64,000 bases of DNA from contig CBDVDR010000001.1 of the NCBI GenBank assembly GCA_965372795.1, positions 160,001-224,000 of the forward strand, given 5' to 3'. Position 1 is the stretch's first letter. The number at the start of each line of letters is the position of its first letter. The notes below the pieces were generated by a model, which did not search any database, was not told the DNA's origin, and worked only from the letters and a program-made list of their open reading frames with translations. Positions 1 to 8,709 of the stretch are shown piece after piece. The DNA comes from an uncultured bacterium. GTDB taxonomy: Bacteria; Zixibacteria; MSB-5A5; GN15; FEB-12. The translations under genes and the position numbers were made by a program.

Positions 1-735
1 TATACTAACATACATCTTGCTGATAAATATCTTTCAAAATTTCTCGATAATAACGAAGTATATTTTTTAAGTGGAAGCATCTCTTTCAGGGATTCATATT
101 TTTATAAAAATAATTTTGATAAAGCAAATTATTGGGAATGGGAACAGCCGAAGAAATCACCTGATTATATCAATTTTGCCGGTTGTACAAATTTGGTTGG
201 GAATGAACAATACTCTGATGCTTTCAAAACCCTAAACCTCATTATTGCACAGCACCCTTACTGGGTTGGTCCTCGATCTTTACTGGCTTCAACTCAATTG
301 TTGACTAATAACCCGCAACTGGCTAAACCTAATATCGACACTTGTCTTTTGCTTGAACCCTTTGAAAAAGAACACCACCGTCAATTGTTTTTGTATTATC
401 AATCAATAAAAAATTACCCCGATGCATTTAATGTGGTTGAAAATTCATTAGAGTTGTACCCATCAGACACCGGTTTCCTGATTGATTTAATGGTCTTGCA
501 CAACACTATTGGCAACATACCCTCAGCTGATTCTTTAGCTAACAAAATAATACAGATTGATCCTGATATTGCATACCCTTATGCAATCAAAGCTTTTATT
601 GCAGAACGAACGAAAAATATAAAATCTGCGATTGGGTTTTATGAGGAATTTATCAGATTAGCTCCGGATGATCCCGAGACACCTTCAATCAGAAAAAGAT
701 TAAACAATCTTATTCTCAAGCAAAAAGAACAATAA
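1..735 (+). CDS. TPR-repeat protein, 5'-truncated by the window edge
   Basis: Frame 1 is open from base 1 to TAA at 735. Helical TPR-like repeats (..AFKTLNLIIAQHP.., ..AIGFYEEFIRLAPDDP..). Confidence 0.75.
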   Translation, partial: YTNIHLADKYLSKFLDNNEVYFLSGSISFRDSYFYKNNFDKANYWEWEQPKKSPDYINFAGCTNLVGNEQYSDAFKTLNLIIAQHPYWVGPRSLLASTQLLTNNPQLAKPNIDTCLLLEPFEKEHHRQLFLYYQSIKNYPDAFNVVENSLELYPSDTGFLIDLMVLHNTIGNIPSADSLANKIIQIDPDIAYPYAIKAFIAERTKNIKSAIGFYEEFIRLAPDDPETPSIRKRLNNLILKQKEQ

Positions 736-744
736 CCAAGCTAA

Positions 745-2145
745 TTAAACTTTACTATGCAGCCGAGTAAAACCATCGAGGGCCGCAACTTTATAAGCCT
801 CGGCAAGCGTCGGATAGTTAAATACTGTCTCGATAAAATAATCCAAAGTACCGCCAAGGGTCATTACTGCCTGGCCAATATGAATTAATTCGGTGGCTCT
901 TTCTCCGACAATATGGACTCCAAGCAGCCTTCGTGATTTAGAATCAAAAATTAACTTAAGCATCCCGTCATGATCATTTATAATCTGACCACGAGCCAAT
1001 TCAAAATATCGGGCAATACCAATTTCGTACTCTTGACCGCTTTTTGTTAAGGCTTGCTCGGTCTCACCAACCATCGAGACTTCCGGGATAGTATAGATTC
1101 CGAAAGGAAGTAAGTTATTTATACATGATGTATTAGTCGATTCAAAAGCATGAAGGGCAGCCAGCCGTCCCTGATCCATCGAGGTTGATGCTAAGGATGG
1201 AAATCCAATAACATCACCGACCGCATAAATATTCGGAACAGAAGTACGATACATATCATCAACTTTTATTATACTTTGCTTTGTGGTCTCAATCCCCAGA
1301 CTTTTCAGTCCCAGATTTTCGGTGTTTCCTAAGCGACCGGCAGCGAATAACAACCTGTCTGATATAACTTTACGTCCGCTCTTAGTCGTAGTTACAACTT
1401 GATTATTTTCAACCTTAACATCTTTTGCCCCATCGCCTAAAACAAGATTTATTCTATATTTACGCATAAGATAAATTAAGGCATCAGAAATTTCCCGATC
1501 AAGGAATGAAAGCAATTGTTCGCGGTCATCAACTATGGTAACTCTGACACCGATATGCCCAAAGATTGAAGCATATTCACATCCAATGACACCTCCTCCA
1601 ACAATGGTCAGAGATCTGGGAATTGTATCAATATTAATAATTGACTCACCGTCATAAATAAATTTATCATCAAAAGTTATATGTTCGGGATGATAGGGAC
1701 GGGTTCCGGTAGAGATTATTATTATTTCAGCTTTAATAATTTGAGTATTTCCCTCATCATCTGTCACTTCCACAGTATTTGGATCAGCTATTTTCCCTGA
1801 GCCTTGAATGACATCAATCCGGTAACGTGACATATTTTGCTGAATAACATCAAGTTCCTGCTGAATAACCTGATCCTTGCGATACATTAATTCTCTTAAA
1901 GATAGATTTTCCATTGAAGTGTTAGTCATGCCATAGACCGATCTCTGGCGTAAACCGACAATATACATAACCGTTTCACGGAGTGTTTTTGATGGAATAG
2001 TACCGGTGTGGATACAGACGCCGCCCTGCACCGATTGTCGCTCAATTATAGCGGTAGTTTTACGCATTTTTGAAGCTTGAATGGCGGCTTTCTCGCCTGC
2101 CGGACCGGAGCCTATAATGACTAAATTGTATTTTTTTTCATTCAT
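745..2145 (-). CDS. sthA: Soluble (Si-specific) pyridine nucleotide transhydrogenase
   Basis: GSGPAG FAD motif, GGVCIHTGTIPSKTLRE (single-Cys variant typical of SthA), GGGVIGCEYA NAD motif, C-terminal FNYPTLAEAYKVAALDG. Confidence 0.9.
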   Translation of the reverse strand: MNEKKYNLVIIGSGPAGEKAAIQASKMRKTTAIIERQSVQGGVCIHTGTIPSKTLRETVMYIVGLRQRSVYGMTNTSMENLSLRELMYRKDQVIQQELDVIQQNMSRYRIDVIQGSGKIADPNTVEVTDDEGNTQIIKAEIIIISTGTRPYHPEHITFDDKFIYDGESIINIDTIPRSLTIVGGGVIGCEYASIFGHIGVRVTIVDDREQLLSFLDREISDALIYLMRKYRINLVLGDGAKDVKVENNQVVTTTKSGRKVISDRLLFAAGRLGNTENLGLKSLGIETTKQSIIKVDDMYRTSVPNIYAVGDVIGFPSLASTSMDQGRLAALHAFESTNTSCINNLLPFGIYTIPEVSMVGETEQALTKSGQEYEIGIARYFELARGQIINDHDGMLKLIFDSKSRRLLGVHIVGERATELIHIGQAVMTLGGTLDYFIETVFNYPTLAEAYKVAALDGFTRLHSKV

Positions 2146-2231
2146 TTATTTATCCCAGTATTTTACAAATAACTTTCAAGAATCATAGATACATTCAAAG
2201 ACTAAATAAGTCAATAAATCAATGTTCGGAA

Positions 2232-3251
2232 TTATTCATTCAGGTGCGGTTCATTCAGAGACTCAAGTGAATCTGACATGCGGGCAGTCTCTTTTTTTGC
2301 CTTATCAAAACTATTGGTTATTGATCTTAATGATCCTTCTATTCTATCGTAAAAACCATCCACCTTATTTAGCGAATCAGTCAAATTGCCAATAACAGTT
2401 GCCAGCGTACGACTTTGGGAAGATATCTGGGAATGTTTAAACACGGCTGTAAGCGAGACAAGGAAGCCGTATAAATGTCCGGGAGACGATGGTATTACTC
2501 TTTGGCTGAGAGCGTATGAGAAGGCATTCTCACTGCTGTCAGATATAAATCTATAGTATACCGCCTCAGATGGAATATACATCACCGCAATATCGGTTGT
2601 GTCTTCCTCGGGCAGGATATATTTATTACTAATATCATCGATATGTTTTCTAACAGTTCTTAGAAACTCTTTTGCTAATATTTTATCATCAGGGTTTTCA
2701 ATTGTGCGCTGATAAGATTCGAGTGGGAATTTTGAATCAATCGGAAGCAGCATATCACCCAGATGAATAACAGCATCAACTCTTTGACCGGATTTGAATC
2801 CATGCTGCATCTGATATAATTTTTGAGGGAGGATCTGGCCGAGCAGATTATCCAGCAATATTTCACCTAAATTACCCCTGATTTTTGGAGGTTTGAGAAG
2901 CTCTGACAGGGATTGAATATTATTTCCAATCGTTTCAATTTTCTTCGCTTGAATTTCAAGCTCTCCAAGTTTGTGTTCGATTTCTCCAAATAATTTCAGA
3001 CGTCGATCAAGAGTTTGAGTATTTTCTGATAAGCGGTTATTAACCTGACTATTTATTTTATCAAGGGTGTCACGAATAGTAACGATGCTTTCTATCTGTT
3101 TAGATAGCAGATCGTTTTTGAATGAGGCAAGAATAGGTTCGATTTGAGAATCTTTATTCCTTTTTGAACGCAGTAATAGAATCACACCTGCTGTTAAAAG
3201 CAGATTCACAAAGATTAACAGATATAGCAGTATTTGGTTAAATTCCATCAC
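2232..3251 (-). CDS. rmuC: DNA recombination protein RmuC family
   Basis: N-terminal TM helix and coiled coil, then RGNLGE..L, PIDSKFP, HIDDISNKYI, MYIPSEAVY motifs. Confidence 0.88.
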   Translation of the reverse strand: MMEFNQILLYLLIFVNLLLTAGVILLLRSKRNKDSQIEPILASFKNDLLSKQIESIVTIRDTLDKINSQVNNRLSENTQTLDRRLKLFGEIEHKLGELEIQAKKIETIGNNIQSLSELLKPPKIRGNLGEILLDNLLGQILPQKLYQMQHGFKSGQRVDAVIHLGDMLLPIDSKFPLESYQRTIENPDDKILAKEFLRTVRKHIDDISNKYILPEEDTTDIAVMYIPSEAVYYRFISDSSENAFSYALSQRVIPSSPGHLYGFLVSLTAVFKHSQISSQSRTLATVIGNLTDSLNKVDGFYDRIEGSLRSITNSFDKAKKETARMSDSLESLNEPHLNE

Positions 3252-3268
3252 CTACATTAAAAAATAAA

Positions 3269-4858
3269 TCAGCGAGGAAGCAACTTAAAATTATCATCCG
3301 TTGTAAGATTGTGATTGAGCAGGGATTTTTTAAATTTTACCGATATGGTTTTATTCGGTTCATCAAAATATTCAGATGAGGGCGATATCCCCCAGATATA
3401 TTTTGCAATCAGATGATCAGTGGCATAATCGTATACGCCTACTTCATTTTGATCATACCGGAGACCATAACGGTATCCTTCAAAATAAAATTCGCGTTTA
3501 TATTGTGTTTCAAACAGAGTCGATTTTCTTCTCATTAATTTTTCAGAACTACTGAACAAAATGTTTCCTTCAACATCTATGTCATTCTGAGATCGACACT
3601 CAAAGCCAAGCCATTCTTTATCGGATTTAATTGTAAAAATATCGTTTTCATACAGAATCTTGCCCTTCTCTAATTTTCCGGGTAAAATTTCAGCTTTTTC
3701 TTTTAGTTTATATTCATAATACTCTTTAAAATCAACCAGCACCTCTGTCCAAGTTTCTTTCTTCAATGATTCAGCTATTCTTTGTTGAATTTTTGAAGTT
3801 ACAAGCCCGTTCACCTGATTAAACGGTCCTGAGAAATACAGATATAAATCAAAATAATTATCGGTTCCGATTTTATCAATCATATAGGATGTAAATAAAC
3901 CGGAAATCGGATAGGCAATATCTGAGGAGGAGTTTCTTTCAAAATCACCCATGGTTAAAATTGAATCCAGTTCAACTATTTCGTGATGCAAAATATAGCC
4001 GCCCAATTCAAGCAGGGTATATGGTGTTTTTCCGGTCCGTCCGGCATAGTATACGGCGATACCCTCCCGGAACAGGGGCAGAGTATATAACGGGAGTTGT
4101 CTTAGCTTATAATTCACAAGCAGATGAATGATTTCATGATTATGCGGGAAAAAAGAGCTAATAATGTCATTTGAAGGTAAATCATAAGTTCCTTTGATAA
4201 GGAAACCGGTGATAGTTTCAACTTTTCGATCATTACCACAGTAAAAATACTCAATTTTATTATCAGCGATATATTTTAAATCGTCACCCTTGATACCTAA
4301 TGATTTGCAGATTCTTTCGACAAAATTGTCGATTTCAAATAGATTGATTTCGTTAAGATAAGACTCTCTTCCCTTTTGCATGTGAATTCGAAAATATTCA
4401 GTTTCTCTAATTTCCCAATCTTTACAGAAATAATCCTGTGGATAGATCAACCAATAATAAGTACTGTCATGGCCAAGATAATAATCATGACTTACTTTTT
4501 GATTACCAACTACTGCTCCATACTCAAGTTTATAATGAATATTATCTTTTAATCTGGTGCTTTGTTTAACCGCCCTGGTTAAATGATTTTTCATTACATC
4601 AAGATTTCTAATAATCGGAGATGAACAGTCAGCTTTTATCGGGATATCATCATACTGGATATTAAACCTCATTGCCCGTTCTTTTGAATCGGGTCTCCAA
4701 AATTGACTTGCCGATTCAAAATTCCCCGACATAAGATGATCAAAGTATTCCCTCAATACTTCAGGAGCACTTTGTGCTGAAGTCTGCGTCGCCATTAATA
4801 AAAACGAGGCAAGGATGATAACCATTATAACAGATATTTTTTTCCGGGCTGATCTCAT
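3269..4858 (-). CDS. Secreted protein with gluzincin/peptidase-MA-like HExxH motif
   Basis: Start re-assigned to ATG 4858 (MRSARKK) behind SD CAGGAG. Signal peptide, HEIIH followed by FREGIAVY. Confidence 0.6.
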   Translation of the reverse strand: MRSARKKISVIMVIILASFLLMATQTSAQSAPEVLREYFDHLMSGNFESASQFWRPDSKERAMRFNIQYDDIPIKADCSSPIIRNLDVMKNHLTRAVKQSTRLKDNIHYKLEYGAVVGNQKVSHDYYLGHDSTYYWLIYPQDYFCKDWEIRETEYFRIHMQKGRESYLNEINLFEIDNFVERICKSLGIKGDDLKYIADNKIEYFYCGNDRKVETITGFLIKGTYDLPSNDIISSFFPHNHEIIHLLVNYKLRQLPLYTLPLFREGIAVYYAGRTGKTPYTLLELGGYILHHEIVELDSILTMGDFERNSSSDIAYPISGLFTSYMIDKIGTDNYFDLYLYFSGPFNQVNGLVTSKIQQRIAESLKKETWTEVLVDFKEYYEYKLKEKAEILPGKLEKGKILYENDIFTIKSDKEWLGFECRSQNDIDVEGNILFSSSEKLMRRKSTLFETQYKREFYFEGYRYGLRYDQNEVGVYDYATDHLIAKYIWGISPSSEYFDEPNKTISVKFKKSLLNHNLTTDDNFKLLPR

Positions 4859-4927
4859 TTTCTTCTCCTGATAAATTCTAATTCCCCGACAATATATTCC
4901 TTTTACAATTTTTGTCCAGTTCAACAC

Positions 4928-4959
4928 AAAAAAAAGCCCCATAAAAATGGGGCTTTTTT
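4928..4959 (-). terminator. Intrinsic terminator after the PorV-like gene
   Basis: aaaaaaaagccccat-aaaa-atggggctttttt inverted repeat with A/T tails. Confidence 0.8.
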
Positions 4960-4973
4960 CTGTTATTCTATAT

Positions 4974-5972
4974 TTAGAAGATAAAACCGACAGAAAACTT
5001 CTGAGTCGATGAAAGTCTTCCAAAATCCTGCCAGGCATAATCAATGACAAGATTGGTACTGCTTGATAGGAAAGTTGAAAGTCCTGCTCCAAAGGCAAGA
5101 GTTTCTTCGTTATAATTTAATTTATAACCACCTCTTAAAAAGAATTTTTCAGAGAAACCAAGCTCAGCACCAAATGATCCTTGTTGGATATTATCACTTG
5201 GGTGTTTTAATTCACCTGATAGAGTTAATATCGAACTTGGTCCCATTTCAACATCATATGCCATACCTAAACGAAATACCATCGGTAAAGAATATGGAGT
5301 AGTTTTCAATTCTGCTCCGATAGAGCTGTTTGAACCTTCTCCGGTTAACTCATCATAAGGAACATCCAAATCGGAGCCGGTGAACTTAAGGTCCGGTCCC
5401 ATGTTTGAAATGCTCATGCCCATTCTTAATGAACGATAGCCGATATGCAGCATAGTTCCGAAATCAAAGGCTAATGATGATGAAGTTTCATTGGCAATCC
5501 GTTCCCCGATATACTTCACAGACCCGCCAAAAGCAAATCTGTTTGTTAACTGGCGGGCAAAAGTTACACCAACAGAGTACGATGAAGCGGTATAAAATTG
5601 TCCGGTGCCATCCTGTTGTTCAAAGGTTGTTATCTCCTGCTCTCCCATTGACAGGATTGCAGCCGACACACCAAAGACTCCAATATCTTCAAAATATCGA
5701 GCAAAGCCGGCATAATTCAAATTAACATCCAACAGCCAGTTTACATTTGTAAAGGCGATTGCTGAATTTTCAATTTGTGCTAATCCGGCCGGGTTCCAAT
5801 ACATAGCATAGACATCATTAACAGTTGCCGCCGAGGCGTCACCCATTCCCTGATATCTGGAGCCAACGCCGATTTTCAAGAATTGAGCTCCACTGGAACC
5901 GATGTTAGTTTGGTCTGCTAAGGCTGAGCCGGCAAACATTACTACCATCATTATAACTAATGTTTTTTTCAT
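4974..5972 (-). CDS. PorV/PorQ-like (UPF0164, FadL-like) outer-membrane beta-barrel
   Basis: Signal peptide, GAQFLKIGVGSR..GMG, YWNPAGL, terminal aromatic beta strand FSVGFIF. Start at 5972 or 5984. Confidence 0.8.
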   Translation of the reverse strand: MKKTLVIMMVVMFAGSALADQTNIGSSGAQFLKIGVGSRYQGMGDASAATVNDVYAMYWNPAGLAQIENSAIAFTNVNWLLDVNLNYAGFARYFEDIGVFGVSAAILSMGEQEITTFEQQDGTGQFYTASSYSVGVTFARQLTNRFAFGGSVKYIGERIANETSSSLAFDFGTMLHIGYRSLRMGMSISNMGPDLKFTGSDLDVPYDELTGEGSNSSIGAELKTTPYSLPMVFRLGMAYDVEMGPSSILTLSGELKHPSDNIQQGSFGAELGFSEKFFLRGGYKLNYNEETLAFGAGLSTFLSSSTNLVIDYAWQDFGRLSSTQKFSVGFIF

Positions 5973-5983
5973 TTGGCGCCTCA

Positions 5984-8695
5984 TTATTTTATCACCGCAA
6001 ACCGACCAAGAAATTCACCGAAATCAGACTCTACATGGTAGAGATAAACTCCCGATGTAATCAGGCGGTTTTCTTCTGACTGCAAATTCCACCTTGCGAT
6101 GCCTGAGCCGTCAGAATGTTCTATTGTTTTAACTAAATCACCGGTAAGGCTGTAAATTCGGATAGTACAGTTTTCCGGGATTTTTTGGAATTCCATAATA
6201 GATTCCCCCTCCGATGTTTCGACCAAACCTGAGTATTGGGCGAAATACGGATTAGGAACTACTCTAATATCTTTAAGTCCTGCGCGAGCAGCAGCATCAT
6301 CAACCCCGTCAACCTTGAAGGCAAAGAGATCATCAGGGCTGTTTAAGGGGGCGCCTTCAAAAGTGAGAACATCACCTACAGAAGGAGTTGAATAGCTTAG
6401 ATCAAAGCCAAACCACCAACTGAAATTTGACGGCCAGGCATCACCAAAAATATCACCATTAGGTTCATACGGATAATTCACAATACAAATAAGATCATAA
6501 GATGTCCATCCATCGTCATCAAAGTCATATAAAGTTAGCGATACACGTTCATTAGTCGTTGTATTCCAAGCTTCAAATGGAATAGCTACATAAGCTTCAG
6601 TAATTAAGTCCTGACCAATTGTTGAATCTTCGGTATATCTCAATTCAAAATTGGATCGGTAATGCTGATGTCCATAAAATTGACCGGTATAGTAATCAGC
6701 TGCTGTTCCAAGGAACCATCCCATATCAACCACAAGGGTTGTGTCTGATCCACTGAATGCCGTTTGATTCATGCCAAGTGGGACAATATCAGCATTAGTG
6801 ACAACGACTCTCATCCCTTCACTGACATCAAATAGATCAGGATCGCCACCGGATTTTGTCTGGTTAGCCAAGACTGTATCGCCGGTTGTGACATTTATGA
6901 GATGCCAATAAGTTGCATCAGGGGTATCCTCAAAAACAACTTCGTAATCAGCACCTAATAAGGCATCCTGATCGAAAACGGTTGGTATTACTTCTCCCGG
7001 CGATGGTTGTCCAAGCCCGGTATAAATATGTTCAACCGTTCCGGTTGCTTCATAAAAGCCGACCGGGTTATGTCGAGGGGTTACAGATATGATATTAGTT
7101 GCTTCACCGGCAACTCCGAATCCGGATTGAAGCGGGTCTATTCCGGTTGCAGTATCGCCAATATCAAAAGCAGAAAGACAATACCAATATTCAACACCAT
7201 TATAGAGACCGGTGTCAATAAACGAATGTTGAATCGGGTCTCCGGGTGAAGTAACCGTATATTTCATAAGAGTTTCATAATCGGAAGTTAAACAATTATT
7301 GTTTGTGTTATAAATCATATTCCCCCAGGTTTTACCCTGATTTTCACTTCGATATAATTTATAACCGGCAAAATCGTTGATCTGTGACAGGGGATCTATT
7401 CCAACCTCTGAAGTATCGGTCCACTGAAGATAAACTTTTCCTTCGCTTGCTTCAGCTTTAAGGTTTGGTGTGACGGGAGGTTGAGGACCCACGTAAAAAT
7501 TATCATATAATTGCTGAGCCATTTCAGAATTTGCGATAAATTCAGCTTCATCCTGACCGGCGATAATTGCAAAGACAACTCTTACGGTTTTCCCGGCTGT
7601 TAAATTGATGCCCCGAGTACATTGAATATAAAACTGATCAGTTGGAGGAAGTGATTCATCAAATTGAGTACTATTTATTAAATTAAATCTTTCGGGATCA
7701 TCAATACCAGTTATAATCGCCCAATCATCGGTACGAAATGATGTCATTCCGATATCATCCGGTGTTTCAAGATATTTTGTTCCCATCACACCGGTAGTTA
7801 CGTTTCTTCCCCAACCCGGATCCCATCCGACATTATCGTATGTCCAGGCAAGGTTATTATCGACATCAAAGGCAACTAAATCTTCTAAACGTCCATTTTC
7901 ACCTTGTCCATCATCGCCGCCCACGTCGATATCGACATAAACACCTAAGGCGAATTCGGTATAATCATTTGCAGAAGTATTGGTTATATCAAGAATAACA
8001 AACATAAAGTCTTCATTATAACAATAATTCCATTGCAGGACAGTTTGTGTAATTTCGAGTCCTAATGACTGGTTATTCGCAACATCATTAAATACACAAT
8101 GAGATTCCTGCAGTGAAGACGGACCACCCGGGGCAAAGTTAGATGACAATACATTGTAATTATTATTGTATGTCCATAGGGCATCCTGTGGATCCCAAAC
8201 TCTCCATCCGTAGGCAGGATTACCAACTCCAAAACCAGTAGTATCCGATTTATCATAGTGATGATAACGGGTACTATCAGTCGAGAGATACATTTTGTAA
8301 TCAAGCTCACCATTATTAGGAATCGGAACAGCCTGGAAATCGTCATAGGAGTTAGCAACAATTGTGTCACCGGACGGAGTTACCGCACCCATCCAATATT
8401 TGATTTCAGCCAGATAGAAGTGTCCGGTATTTCTTGGCCATTCACCGGAAGGCAATCCATGATGACCGTAGCCGCCTATGTAACCCCAGTTGTCTACAGT
8501 TGTAACAATATTTCCCTTATTATGAACAACCTGATCAATTGTCACTGGCTGAGCCTGGAGCGCAAAACTATCGGCATGCCTTTCCGGCACAAACGAGTCT
8601 TTGGGCATGGCTTTACCAAACACGGAGGTGATTCCCAATAAGATAATAAATATTATCAGAACCATTGCTTTAGAATTTTTATTTTGCATCAGCAT
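5984..8695 (-). CDS. Large secreted protein with FN3-like segment and T9SS/FlgD-Ig-like C-terminal sorting domain
   Basis: Signal peptide; GEWPRNTGH N-domain; FAGYKLYRS..Y.Y.LSAFD; C-terminus IRVVPNPY..IRIYSLTGDLVKTI..WNL..SGVYLYHV. Confidence 0.7.
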   Translation of the reverse strand: MLMQNKNSKAMVLIIFIILLGITSVFGKAMPKDSFVPERHADSFALQAQPVTIDQVVHNKGNIVTTVDNWGYIGGYGHHGLPSGEWPRNTGHFYLAEIKYWMGAVTPSGDTIVANSYDDFQAVPIPNNGELDYKMYLSTDSTRYHHYDKSDTTGFGVGNPAYGWRVWDPQDALWTYNNNYNVLSSNFAPGGPSSLQESHCVFNDVANNQSLGLEITQTVLQWNYCYNEDFMFVILDITNTSANDYTEFALGVYVDIDVGGDDGQGENGRLEDLVAFDVDNNLAWTYDNVGWDPGWGRNVTTGVMGTKYLETPDDIGMTSFRTDDWAIITGIDDPERFNLINSTQFDESLPPTDQFYIQCTRGINLTAGKTVRVVFAIIAGQDEAEFIANSEMAQQLYDNFYVGPQPPVTPNLKAEASEGKVYLQWTDTSEVGIDPLSQINDFAGYKLYRSENQGKTWGNMIYNTNNNCLTSDYETLMKYTVTSPGDPIQHSFIDTGLYNGVEYWYCLSAFDIGDTATGIDPLQSGFGVAGEATNIISVTPRHNPVGFYEATGTVEHIYTGLGQPSPGEVIPTVFDQDALLGADYEVVFEDTPDATYWHLINVTTGDTVLANQTKSGGDPDLFDVSEGMRVVVTNADIVPLGMNQTAFSGSDTTLVVDMGWFLGTAADYYTGQFYGHQHYRSNFELRYTEDSTIGQDLITEAYVAIPFEAWNTTTNERVSLTLYDFDDDGWTSYDLICIVNYPYEPNGDIFGDAWPSNFSWWFGFDLSYSTPSVGDVLTFEGAPLNSPDDLFAFKVDGVDDAAARAGLKDIRVVPNPYFAQYSGLVETSEGESIMEFQKIPENCTIRIYSLTGDLVKTIEHSDGSGIARWNLQSEENRLITSGVYLYHVESDFGEFLGRFAVIK

Positions 8696-8709
8696 AAATT
8701 TAACTCAAT

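Noticed and set aside
4859..5098. 80-aa N-terminal extension of the 609-aa ORF
   Set aside because: It overlaps the PorV-like gene and crosses a terminator; SD and signal peptide support ATG 4858.
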